Virus record (IMG/VR): IMGVR_UViG_3300020185_000029
Coordinates: 1-64,000 of that record
Length of the DNA: 64,000 nucleotides
Source of the DNA: an uncultured virus (IMG/VR IMGVR_UViG_3300020185_000029)
Taxonomy: Duplodnaviria > Heunggongvirae > Uroviricota > Caudoviricetes
Strand: one strand, 5' to 3'
This document shows positions 27,778 to 37,021 of the stretch, piece after piece; positions within the stretch are counted from its first letter, which is position 1; each line of letters starts with the position of its first letter. A program made the translations under genes and the position numbers. The notes beneath the pieces were generated by a model. The model was not told the origin of the DNA. It made no database searches and saw nothing but the letters and a program-made list of their open reading frames with translations.

Positions 27778-28571
27778 TTTTAGTTATTGGAGAATTTATA
27801 AAGGACGAGTTCATTTACTGTTCTTCCGACAGGCTTTCTCCAGAAGCTTGCTGCCCAGTAATAAAAGAAATTTTCAGAGAAAAGAATGATGGAGGAGCTG
27901 CTAATGTAGTAAGCAACTTAAAGTCATTGGGATGTGATAAAATTTTATTCGTCCATCAAGACAACGAAATCATTAAAACCAGATACGTGCATAAAAGTTC
28001 TGGGCAACATATTGCAAGATTAGACAAAGAAAGTCCCTGTAAACCCCTTAGTCTTGAGAGCTTGATTCAATCAACATCTTCGAGCAAATGCAGTGACCCT
28101 ATAGATATGATTGTAATTTCAGACTACTGCAAGGGATTTATTACTGAAAGTCTTATACATGATATTCGTAAAAAATTCTCATGCAAAATTATTATAGATA
28201 CAAAAAAGAAAGCTGGAAACTGGATCAAGTATGTAGATTTTATAAAAATTAATAAAAAAGAATTTGATGAAAACTTTCTTCCTTATGACCCTGGGAAACA
28301 AGTTAGCACCCTGCTCAAGAAAACTAACTTATTTGTCACGTTGGGCGAGAAGGGGGTTTATCACTTCAATACTGACTCTACCATTAAAACAAAAGAAGTC
28401 GAAGCTAACTGCGTGTCTGGAGCTGGTGACAGCTATTTAGCTGGCTTTGTAGCAGAATACTTGCGCTCTGCCAATATTAATAAAAGCCTTTCATTCGCAA
28501 ATCAAGTCGCATCAATAGCTGTATCAAAGAGAGGAGTTGTTTCTGTTTCAGAAACAGAGCTTAATGACTAA
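27774..28571 (+). CDS. rfaE1: PfkB-family sugar kinase, HldE/RfaE domain I-like (heptose-7-phosphate kinase)
   Basis: RLSPEA..PV, GGAANV..NL..LG, KTRY, VISDYCKG, VTLGEKG and VSGAGDSY. Confidence 0.8.
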   Translation: MILVIGEFIKDEFIYCSSDRLSPEACCPVIKEIFREKNDGGAANVVSNLKSLGCDKILFVHQDNEIIKTRYVHKSSGQHIARLDKESPCKPLSLESLIQSTSSSKCSDPIDMIVISDYCKGFITESLIHDIRKKFSCKIIIDTKKKAGNWIKYVDFIKINKKEFDENFLPYDPGKQVSTLLKKTNLFVTLGEKGVYHFNTDSTIKTKEVEANCVSGAGDSYLAGFVAEYLRSANINKSLSFANQVASIAVSKRGVVSVSETELND

Positions 28572-28968
28572 TAACCCCATCGAAGGTTTTATAGCTGGAT
28601 GCTTTGATGGATTCCATGAAGGTCATCAATATATTTTAAAGACAGCTATGGAGCAATGCGATATTCTCCATGTTGCTCTTAACTCAGATAGGTATATTAT
28701 AAAAAACAAAAGACTTTTGCTCTCTTGCATTGATGAAAGAAAAAAGAAGATTAGAAATTTTGGAGTAAATGAAATTCATTCGTTCATAGAAGACAGCCCC
28801 ATAGACCTGATTAATAAAATTAAACCCAAAATAATATTTGTTGGCGATGACTATCCACTAGAAAAAATAGTTGGTCACAAAGAGTGTAAATACTGGGGAG
28901 GAGAGGTAAGAATCATAAAACGAATTCCAGGATTTTCTAGCACAAATATAAGACAAAAAAATACTTGA
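28564..28968 (+). CDS. rfaE2: Cytidylyltransferase-like nucleotidyltransferase, HldE/RfaE domain II-like
   Basis: GCFDGFHEGH (HxGH), VALNSD, VGDDY, WGGEV and GFSSTNI. Confidence 0.8.
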   Translation: MTNNPIEGFIAGCFDGFHEGHQYILKTAMEQCDILHVALNSDRYIIKNKRLLLSCIDERKKKIRNFGVNEIHSFIEDSPIDLINKIKPKIIFVGDDYPLEKIVGHKECKYWGGEVRIIKRIPGFSSTNIRQKNT

Positions 28969-29045
28969 CATTATATAACTTTGCCCTAACATAGGGCATC
29001 TAAACAACAAACAATAAATAATAATACAAAAAATAATACAAAATT

Positions 29046-29690
29046 ATGGCACTAAACAAACAAACTAAATCATCTACCTACTTGACAGTAGTCGGTGGGA
29101 AGATTTCACAACGTGTCCCAGAAGGCACAGAGGGGGCAGTATCTCGCACCCTTAAAAATGGACCTAACGAAGGCTCTGAAGTATATGAGCTTCAGTACGG
29201 TAGCGTTACTGGTAAGATCTCTGGAGGCTCTGTCGAAAGCGGAGACTATGGTGATCAAATCTCTATTAATCTTGAAGATGGGAAAGAATCGTATATCGTC
29301 AAGCTTCCTTGGAATTCCAAACTCCGAGATGCTTTCGTAAAACGAATTCCAAATATTGAAGTCTCTCAGGAAATAGAATTAGTATGCTTTCCAGATAAGC
29401 AAGATAAGAGTCCTGTAATGCTAATCAAACAAAATGGAGGTTTTGTGAAGTTTGCATATACGAAAGATAATCCAAATGGCCTTCCCGCTCCGAAAAAAAA
29501 GGTTGTTCGTGGCAAGGAAGAGTGGGATTGGTCCGAACCAGAGACTTTCCTGTGGGACGTAGCCTCTTCATTCTTTGAGCAGTTCGAAGGGAATAGTAAA
29601 CCAGCTTTTCAAGAGGAAGAGAAGGAAGCTCCAGATCAATTCGTTGAATCAAGCAATCCGCTTAGTTCCGACGACGATCTGCCGTTTTAA
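29046..29690 (+). CDS. Putative single-stranded DNA-binding protein
   Basis: Beta-rich body with an acidic DDDLPF C-terminal tail; own promoter (28965-28992) and terminator. Confidence 0.7.
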   Translation: MALNKQTKSSTYLTVVGGKISQRVPEGTEGAVSRTLKNGPNEGSEVYELQYGSVTGKISGGSVESGDYGDQISINLEDGKESYIVKLPWNSKLRDAFVKRIPNIEVSQEIELVCFPDKQDKSPVMLIKQNGGFVKFAYTKDNPNGLPAPKKKVVRGKEEWDWSEPETFLWDVASSFFEQFEGNSKPAFQEEEKEAPDQFVESSNPLSSDDDLPF

Positions 29691-29719
29691 TAAGGTCAAG
29701 GTGGGTTAATATAAAAACT

Positions 29720-29750
29720 AGCCAGCTATCGAAAGATGGCTGGCTTTTTT
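29720..29750 (+). terminator. Rho-independent terminator
   Basis: GCCAGCTATC-GAAA-GATGGCTGGC followed by T6. Confidence 0.9.
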
Positions 29751-29785
29751 ATTGTTAAATTAAAGTTTAAATCTATAATTTGAAA

Positions 29786-31705
29786 ATGAAGAAAAAGAAA
29801 ATCATATTCCTCACCAACGCTCTTTTTATTAAAACTGGTTTGTCTCGAAACTTGAAAGCTATTCTAAAGGAGATTTATCCTTTAGACAAGTACGAGATAG
29901 TACATTACTGCTCTGGAGTTAGCGAGAATGATCATAACTTAGATAAGTATCCCTGGAAAACTCTTGGTTCTATTCCCAGTAATCCAGCAGATATTCAAAA
30001 AATACAGTCTGACCCACATCTTTCTCGCATGGCTACATATGGAGGATATAGAGTCGAGCAGATAGTTAAGGATGAAAAGCCTGATATTTTATGGTGTTCT
30101 GATGATATTTGGGCTTTTCCCCCAGATAAGTTTTGCGATACTAAGTGGGCAAAACATCTTAATCTAATTAGTCACGTTACTATAGATTCGGTTCCAATCT
30201 TGCCCGAAGCTATACAGCAAGCAAAGAACTCTAACTTTTATTCTTGGGCAAGCTTTGGTGAAAAAGAAATTAAAAAGGTTTTTGATAAAGAGAATTTTTC
30301 CTCTAGATATAATCTAGGTACTGTTAATGGAGCTGTAGATGGAGAGTGCTACAAGCCAATTTCTAAGTTACAAAAGTCAGAGTTAAGAAAGAAATTTGGG
30401 ATCGAAAAAGACTGTACTTTATTCTTTTACCTTGGACGTAATCAACTTAGAAAAAAATATGACTCTATCCTAAGGGCTTTTAAAAGTCATAAGCTACAGA
30501 ATCCAAAAAGCAAATCCAAGCTACTATTCCATTGTAGCTGGACAGAAGGCTGGCCGCTAACTCGTATCATCGAGTCTCTGGAAATTGATCCAGAAGACAT
30601 TTTAACCACTTATGTTTGCAATAAATGTAAGGAGTTTAAAATTAATAGGTACGTTGGAGAGCAGAAAGACTGCGAATTTTGCGGGAATAAGAAATGCGTA
30701 GACTCTTCTTCTGTTGGGAATGGGGTCACGGATGAGGACATGTGTAAGATTTATGGAGTGGCAGATGCGTGTATTTCAGTTTTTACTAGCGGTGGGTTTG
30801 AATTTTGTAACGCAGAGTCTATGATGTGTGGGCTTCCGCTTGCTACTGTTTCTTATTCTTGCGGGTCAGAGTATACTGCCTGTGATTCAGTTTTCGAAAT
30901 AAGACATATTGAAAGTGGAGAGTGTCAAACTGGCTTCGTAAAAGCAGAGCCAAACATTAATGATATTATTAAATTTATTAAAAAGATCGAAACAATCTCA
31001 GAAAAGGATAAGGATGAAATAAAAATCAAATCCATCAAATGGGCTAAGGAAAGATATGATAGCAAAGTTATTGCCGCTAAATGGATGGAAATCTTCGACT
31101 CTTTACCTGAAGTAGATTATACTGACTTTTCTTTTGACGACGAAGATAGGTCAAATCCAAGCTTTGAACCAAATTTTAATTTAACTGGAGAGAACTTCAT
31201 ACGCAGTCTCTACTTAGGGTATCTTGGAGCAGAGTATCCAGATGAGGCTGGAATGAGGCATTGGATGCAAAGGGTTGAGCAGGGAGAGGACTATAGTAGT
31301 ATCGCTTCCCTATTTCGTAATATTTCTCAGCAAAATGTTGAAAAACAAGAAGATTCCAAGAATCGTGACATAGAAGATATCTTGCCTAAAAATGGCAAAA
31401 AGAACGTGCTGTTCGTAATCAAGGAGAGCTTGGGTGATACCATTATCTCACTTAGCCTTTTAGAGGGTGTTAGAAAACAATATCCAGAGCATAACATTAT
31501 TGTTTGCACTGACCCAAAATACTTTGAAGTGTTTGTTGGCTGCGACTTTGTCGATAAAATGATACCATTTTATCCACAATTAGAGCAAGAGCTTTTTGTA
31601 ATTGGAGCAGGTAGCGAAAAGAATATAGCTGATGTATTCATCATGCCAACAGTATCAACTCAAAAGCACTTAAACTACCTTTCAAACAACAACCCAGAAC
31701 TATAA
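29786..31705 (+). CDS. Fusion: GT4 glycosyltransferase with Cys4 insert, DUF4214-like domain and GT9-like N-terminal half
   Basis: GRNQLRK; GGFEFCNAESMMCGLP; CNKC..CEFC; FIRSLY..YLG...DEAG..HW; VLFVIKESLGDTII...VRKQYP...FVDKMIP. Confidence 0.8.
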   Translation: MKKKKIIFLTNALFIKTGLSRNLKAILKEIYPLDKYEIVHYCSGVSENDHNLDKYPWKTLGSIPSNPADIQKIQSDPHLSRMATYGGYRVEQIVKDEKPDILWCSDDIWAFPPDKFCDTKWAKHLNLISHVTIDSVPILPEAIQQAKNSNFYSWASFGEKEIKKVFDKENFSSRYNLGTVNGAVDGECYKPISKLQKSELRKKFGIEKDCTLFFYLGRNQLRKKYDSILRAFKSHKLQNPKSKSKLLFHCSWTEGWPLTRIIESLEIDPEDILTTYVCNKCKEFKINRYVGEQKDCEFCGNKKCVDSSSVGNGVTDEDMCKIYGVADACISVFTSGGFEFCNAESMMCGLPLATVSYSCGSEYTACDSVFEIRHIESGECQTGFVKAEPNINDIIKFIKKIETISEKDKDEIKIKSIKWAKERYDSKVIAAKWMEIFDSLPEVDYTDFSFDDEDRSNPSFEPNFNLTGENFIRSLYLGYLGAEYPDEAGMRHWMQRVEQGEDYSSIASLFRNISQQNVEKQEDSKNRDIEDILPKNGKKNVLFVIKESLGDTIISLSLLEGVRKQYPEHNIIVCTDPKYFEVFVGCDFVDKMIPFYPQLEQELFVIGAGSEKNIADVFIMPTVSTQKHLNYLSNNNPEL

Positions 31706-32871
31706 TGCCCTCATTGTTAAAAACCTACTCTTTAAATTCTGGCTTTAAAATCAGAAAATGCAAGCCGCTAGAATTCTTCTATCCAACACCTAAAAAGTAT
31801 ATTACTATACAGACCTCATCTGGGATGAGTAGTAAGAATTATGATTACTGGATTGATGTATTAAAATACATTAAAAAGGATCTGCATGATGCTGGATATG
31901 AAATATTGCACATAGGAACAGAGGGGTTAAATATCCCTTTCGTGAAATCTCTTATTGGCAAAACTAGCTTGCATCAAACCAATTACATACTAAGAAACAG
32001 CAGCCTTCATTTGGGCAATGATTCCTTTGCTGTACATTTGTCTGGACTTCACGAAACTCCCGTAGTCTCCGTATATGGCCCAACTACTCCAGAGAATCAT
32101 GGACCTTATTTTAAATCTGAAAATACGCATTTAATCTCTTCACATAGAAATGGGAACAACCCCTCGTTCGCTTCTAATGAGCCTGATAAGACGATTAACA
32201 TGATAAAGGTAGAGGACATTGTAAATAAAGTCTACGAAGCTCTTAGAATTAAAAAGAGTAGTGACGAAGAAACTATCTTTACTGGTAAATTTTATCCGCA
32301 ACAAATAATAGAAATTGTCCCAAATTTAGACGTAGACGCAAACATTCTTAATAATGTTGAGCCAACAATTAGATGCGACTATGAATGTAATGATAACGTT
32401 TTATTTAGTTTATTAAAAAAGGTCAAATGCTCTGTCATTACTTCCAAAGAAAGCGAAATAAGGCTGTACAAAATTTGTAGAGACAATATCTCAAATATTA
32501 ATTTCAAAGTATCGCTTGATGCTAATAAAGATTACGTCAAAAGTCTTTTGAATATCGGTATAGATTGTAAGTTATGGTCAGATGATGCAGAAAATATAGA
32601 CAAAATAAGATTCATGTTTTTAGACATAGGCCAGGTCCACCTAAAGAAGATTGATTCAGTTAATATAGATGGTCTTAATTCTGACTGCTTTTACATTTCG
32701 AATAAATTCATTTTAAGTAACGGCAAGGTCTTTACATCTAAACAAGCGATGATTGCCGATGAAAGCATTAAATCTCTAGAAGATAATTGTATTAAATTCA
32801 AAGAGATGGATGAAGATTTCATGGAAGAGGTCCAATTTTTTAGAATCATCAAAAAAAACTTGACAAAATAA
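31705..32871 (+). CDS. GT9-like C-terminal half plus unknown C-terminal domain
   Basis: YITIQ..SG..SKNY..W, LIGKTSL, LHLGNDSFAVHLS...TPVVSVYGPT and INMIKVEDI. Confidence 0.8.
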   Translation: MPSLLKTYSLNSGFKIRKCKPLEFFYPTPKKYITIQTSSGMSSKNYDYWIDVLKYIKKDLHDAGYEILHIGTEGLNIPFVKSLIGKTSLHQTNYILRNSSLHLGNDSFAVHLSGLHETPVVSVYGPTTPENHGPYFKSENTHLISSHRNGNNPSFASNEPDKTINMIKVEDIVNKVYEALRIKKSSDEETIFTGKFYPQQIIEIVPNLDVDANILNNVEPTIRCDYECNDNVLFSLLKKVKCSVITSKESEIRLYKICRDNISNINFKVSLDANKDYVKSLLNIGIDCKLWSDDAENIDKIRFMFLDIGQVHLKKIDSVNIDGLNSDCFYISNKFILSNGKVFTSKQAMIADESIKSLEDNCIKFKEMDEDFMEEVQFFRIIKKNLTK

Positions 32872-32893
32872 CAATCCCAAATAATATATAGAT

Positions 32894-33241
32894 ATGATTA
32901 AAAATAGCACAGTAGTTAAAAATAAAGAGGAGTTCGAAGATATGAAGCTTATGATGGCAGAAGATTGCCAAATAAATAACAAAGAAGTATTCTTCTCTGA
33001 GGATGTCCCAGAAGATTTTCCATGTTTAGTTAAAATTGTTGAAATGGAGGATGTTGGCCTTGAATTTAATTTCGATGAAAACGAGGATGAGCCAGAAGAT
33101 ATTTTTAATTCAACTGTTCCTTTCTCATCAAATTTCGATTCTTCTATTGAAGAAGATGATATCACCCAAGAGGCTTTTGGCATTTTTTATGACTTTTGGT
33201 TCCTTAGCAAAAAAGAAGTGCAGAAACTATTAGAAAGTTAA
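32894..33241 (+). CDS. Acidic hypothetical protein
   Basis: 115-aa D/E-rich ORF; TTGACA-N16-TAATAT 6 nt upstream. Confidence 0.65.
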   Translation: MIKNSTVVKNKEEFEDMKLMMAEDCQINNKEVFFSEDVPEDFPCLVKIVEMEDVGLEFNFDENEDEPEDIFNSTVPFSSNFDSSIEEDDITQEAFGIFYDFWFLSKKEVQKLLES

Positions 33242-33242
33242 T

Positions 33243-33944
33243 ATGATTGATTGGAAAAAACACTTAGAAGATAATCCAGAGTTTTTGGTTCTGAATAAAC
33301 AGATGGCCAAGAGTTATGGTAAAATAGACAGCGAAAAAATTTCCAAGAAAAAGGAAAAGGAAGTTTTAGAGTCTGTTGACGAAAAGTTTAAAATTATTCT
33401 GCTACAATTCTTCAAAGACATTTTGCACGAAGAAGGTTTCGAGTCAATTGACTATGAACCCATTGGTCAATCTCATGAATCCTACACTGGACTATGCTGT
33501 AAGATTAAGTGGGCAAATGGAAAAGTTACTAGCGGAATTGGTGATGCTCACTATTGCAATACAAATTCTTTTGCAAAATATTACTTAGGTCCTATTGCAG
33601 AAAATCGTTCTTTTGTCAGAGCCGTAAAAGCATATTTTAATATCTCGATGCTTGGAGCTGATGAAATTGGGGAAATTCCAAAAGAGAATGATACATCGAC
33701 TCTTTCTATTGGCGCTCCTACTGGCCCGATCTTCACCCTGAGAAAGGCCTCCAAGGACAAGCTGTCCATTACATCCTTCGATGAATTCAAGCAGTTTCTT
33801 AGGGATAGAGTTAAGTCTCATCCAAAAGAAGCCTGGATTAAGCCAAGCGAATATGACGAATGGGCTGAGTATGGAGATTGGGAAAGTGTAAAGAAAGTGA
33901 AAGCAACTGAGCTTATTTCTAAAATTAAAAGACTAAATCAATAA
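33243..33944 (+). CDS. Possible Rad52-superfamily single-strand annealing protein
   Basis: SGIGDA...IAENRSFVRAVK.YFNI..LGADEI resembles the SSAP C-terminal helix motif. Confidence 0.45.
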   Translation: MIDWKKHLEDNPEFLVLNKQMAKSYGKIDSEKISKKKEKEVLESVDEKFKIILLQFFKDILHEEGFESIDYEPIGQSHESYTGLCCKIKWANGKVTSGIGDAHYCNTNSFAKYYLGPIAENRSFVRAVKAYFNISMLGADEIGEIPKENDTSTLSIGAPTGPIFTLRKASKDKLSITSFDEFKQFLRDRVKSHPKEAWIKPSEYDEWAEYGDWESVKKVKATELISKIKRLNQ

Positions 33945-33947
33945 AAT

Positions 33948-34289
33948 ATGAATACTATTTGTAATTTCCCCCTAATTGTCTACTTGTCCGTATCAGGATG
34001 CCTAGTTCTTACTGTTTGGTTTTTAAGCGACTTTAAAATCCATTTTATTAATACTTTATTTAAAACAGATCTGGATAGCTCAAACATCAATGAGTTTATA
34101 GCAATGAAGTTTGATTTTAAGATCCTTAAGACGGATTTCAGTGTTGCCTCATTACTAATGTGTCCCATCTGCATAGGCTTCTGGATATCAGTAGTACTCA
34201 CCCTTATAGGAGGAAGTGTAATGTACTTGCCCTATATCTACTTCTTGCAAATATTGTTATTTGCAACACTTAAAAAGTTGATGCAATAA
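33948..34289 (+). CDS. Membrane protein, DUF1360-like
   Basis: Hydrophobic segments and an LLMCPICIGFW motif. Confidence 0.6.
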   Translation: MNTICNFPLIVYLSVSGCLVLTVWFLSDFKIHFINTLFKTDLDSSNINEFIAMKFDFKILKTDFSVASLLMCPICIGFWISVVLTLIGGSVMYLPYIYFLQILLFATLKKLMQ

Positions 34290-34326
34290 TTTTAAAAAAA
34301 TATAAAAATAACCAAAAGATAGCAAG

Positions 34327-34689
34327 CTAAATACTTGCTATCTTTTTTTTGTATTGGCTTATCAATCCGTTAAGCTTGCACTGTGAGCAGCCTTTACCCA
34401 AATTATTTTTATCGTTAAGATATGATATTTTTAAATCTTTGTACTTATTAGGAAGTTTTCCTTTTTTTATTCCAAAGAATATATCTTCTAAATTCGCTGG
34501 AGCTTTCTCAACTTCAATCTTCCGCACGGGTTTTATCGACCAGTTCACTAGCCTTCCTATGGCACTTTTATCCTCAAATGCATTTATTGGACACCTCATA
34601 CCCACACAAACCTTAGCCCACTTAATGCAAACTTTATTAGCTTTTAACGGGCAGGTATTACAAATAGCTTCTTTTTCTTCGCAAATCAT
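34327..34689 (-). CDS. Small Cys-motif hypothetical protein
   Basis: ICNTCP...C...C...CP and GCSQC; ATGA overlap with the upstream stop. Confidence 0.65.
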   Translation of the reverse strand: MICEEKEAICNTCPLKANKVCIKWAKVCVGMRCPINAFEDKSAIGRLVNWSIKPVRKIEVEKAPANLEDIFFGIKKGKLPNKYKDLKISYLNDKNNLGKGCSQCKLNGLISQYKKKIASI

Positions 34690-37013
34690 TGTATTACTAT
34701 TACTGAATTTGGTATTGGGGGCTGTGCTTCTGGGCAATCATCCACACATTTTCCATCTACACATATCTGTCCATCTGGACACGGTCCGTCACAGTTACGA
34801 GGATCGTCAGGATCGTCAGGATCGTCAGGAGGTTCGACTGGCGGTGGCTTGTCTGGACCATCTGGACCATCTGGACCATCTGGACCATCTGGACCATCTG
34901 GATCACTTGTATTGCATTTTCCATCTACGCACTGGCTTCCTGCAGGGCAGAGCGAAGGATCATCACCACAGTCTATGTCAAGAGATCCCCTACATTTTCC
35001 GTCGTTATCGCAACTCTGACCTTCTGGGCATTCGGAATTGTTACTACATGGTTGCGTTAAAGTTGCAACGCACTTATTATTTCTACAGTCCTGACCTGAA
35101 TTGCAGTCTTCGTAAGTCTCACAGTAACCTTCTACATCAGGTGGGTTCTGGTCAAATATAGCATCAGGCGTCTCGAATGTTGCTATGATGCCAGGACCAC
35201 TTATGTATACGTCGGTTGCATCATCATACAAACTAGTTGTATACACATTAGTCACGACTATCTTCTGTTGAATTTGAATAGGGTATTTAGTTCCATTAGG
35301 ACTCACTCCGTTTACATCTACAATTCTAGTATCATAGGGTACGCTAGACCAAGGTATAGTTGTGTCAGAGGGCGTAGTACTAATAAAATTTTCATTTGAA
35401 GTTCTTCCATCTACATAAGTATCTTTTTCAGATACAGTGATTTGATCAGTCTGAGTGGTTCGACTAATTTCAATATCTTCACCCCTTTCCTCTGTGGTTA
35501 CAAAACTCGGTGAACTAGCAGTACTAGTTTCTATAACCTTTACAAAATAGTATTGAATCTTCTCTATAAAACCATTTGTCCCATAGCTAGAGCCTGCGTC
35601 AGAATTTACATTTTGCCCTCTTTTAACGTCAGTCGAGCGACTCCCATCTTCATTAAAAGTTATTGTCTTTAAAACCCCATTTTTTGGAAAACCTTTATAG
35701 TTGTCAAATGAAGACTGAAGAATTGCGGTTTTCATAATAGTCCTTAAACGGGCGCTCCTATAAGGAGTATCGAAAATACCCTGGTCGTATATTAAGTCAT
35801 CTGGAGGATTATAATTAGTACCCTCAAGCTGTACATATGCCCTCGTAAATGATCCATCTCCATTTCTTGGTTCTCCATCGTCGGAGTTATTATCAATTGT
35901 ACAGGGTCCTTTATTGCCTATCTGTTTTCCGTACTCACTATACTCATATCCGTTAAAATTTGTACAACCCTCATCAACGTCAACGGTTCTGTATCGCCTA
36001 AACACAATAGTCTGATCTGTAAAATTCTTATAAAAAACTTCACTTGCAACCTGTCCTATTTGATCCCAACCATATTTAACCTTGTTAAGCTCTACCCTTA
36101 CCTTTTGAACCATCATGTATACCTGTCCAATACTAGGAGGATCAGGATCATCTGTTTCCACGCACTCCCCATTTATGCATTCAAAACCAGTGGGACATGG
36201 TCTGTCATCACCACAATCACGACCATCAGGATCATCTGGATCATCTGGATCATCCTCACACTTTTTATCTACACATCTTTGCCCTTCTGGGCATGGGCAT
36301 TCGGTAGCTATTTGGCATTCCCCATCTACGCACCTAAAATCATTTTCGTCATCCGTACAGCAATCGTCATTAGTTTCACAGCCTTGGGTACACTCCCCTT
36401 CTCCATTTGTATAAGCGTCATTTTGCCATATAGGGGCAGATGAATCACAAAAACTATTGCAATCGCATTCTACATCGTTGTCGCATTGAGCAGGTAGTGG
36501 ACATTCGCAATAAACGGTGCAACCTCTATAATCTATATGCGGAAGAAGAGCGCAATCACAACACTGATCATAAGTATAAAAATCATACCCAGCGTTAAGA
36601 ATTTCTACAGTTCCTTTAAATTGGATTGTTACCTCTACTGGTAGAAAATTTGAACTACCTTCAGTATCTCTGACCAACAAAATTTTATTTTCATAATAAC
36701 CTAGAGGCTCATCAAATTCATTTTGTACAGTAGGCTCCTTTGGAAGTTTAAAGCTGGTTATTACTTCATCTTCTTCTATGTCGTAAAATTCAATTCCACT
36801 TCTAGCAAATAATTGAAAAGTTCCCTGAAGTCCATTGTTGGCAACACTATCAAGCGTATTGAAAGTGAAAGACATGGTGTCTCCAACAGAAACGCTCACT
36901 TTAACCGTTCTAGATTTTTCCTCTCTGCCATCTCTGTCACCACCTGAGTTAGTGGACTGCCCAAGGATTATTGGGTTTCCATAAATTTTAAAGTATACGT
37001 CTTCGTCGCCCAT
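34686..37013 (-). CDS. Cys-rich, Asp/Pro-linker protein at the distal end of the tail operon
   Basis: About 40 Cys, many in C-x5-C-P-x-G-x2-C-x2-G-x-C-like units, with (DPD)n and (GPD)n linkers. Confidence 0.8.
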   Translation of the reverse strand: MGDEDVYFKIYGNPIILGQSTNSGGDRDGREEKSRTVKVSVSVGDTMSFTFNTLDSVANNGLQGTFQLFARSGIEFYDIEEDEVITSFKLPKEPTVQNEFDEPLGYYENKILLVRDTEGSSNFLPVEVTIQFKGTVEILNAGYDFYTYDQCCDCALLPHIDYRGCTVYCECPLPAQCDNDVECDCNSFCDSSAPIWQNDAYTNGEGECTQGCETNDDCCTDDENDFRCVDGECQIATECPCPEGQRCVDKKCEDDPDDPDDPDGRDCGDDRPCPTGFECINGECVETDDPDPPSIGQVYMMVQKVRVELNKVKYGWDQIGQVASEVFYKNFTDQTIVFRRYRTVDVDEGCTNFNGYEYSEYGKQIGNKGPCTIDNNSDDGEPRNGDGSFTRAYVQLEGTNYNPPDDLIYDQGIFDTPYRSARLRTIMKTAILQSSFDNYKGFPKNGVLKTITFNEDGSRSTDVKRGQNVNSDAGSSYGTNGFIEKIQYYFVKVIETSTASSPSFVTTEERGEDIEISRTTQTDQITVSEKDTYVDGRTSNENFISTTPSDTTIPWSSVPYDTRIVDVNGVSPNGTKYPIQIQQKIVVTNVYTTSLYDDATDVYISGPGIIATFETPDAIFDQNPPDVEGYCETYEDCNSGQDCRNNKCVATLTQPCSNNSECPEGQSCDNDGKCRGSLDIDCGDDPSLCPAGSQCVDGKCNTSDPDGPDGPDGPDGPDGPDKPPPVEPPDDPDDPDDPRNCDGPCPDGQICVDGKCVDDCPEAQPPIPNSVIVIQ
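34801..34896. repeat. 9-bp tandem repeats encoding DPD and GPD linkers
   Basis: (ggatcgtca)x3 at 34801-34827 and (tctggacca)x5 at 34852-34896. Confidence 0.9.
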
Positions 37014-37021
37014 ATTGTATA

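Noticed and set aside
34852..34896. (GPD)5 as a collagen triple-helix domain
   Set aside because: Only five triplets, among similar DPD linkers; more likely a flexible acidic linker.
34349..35161. 270-aa plus-strand ORF with DHL and DRQ repeats
   Set aside because: Antisense reading of the GPD/DPD repeats of the real minus-strand gene.
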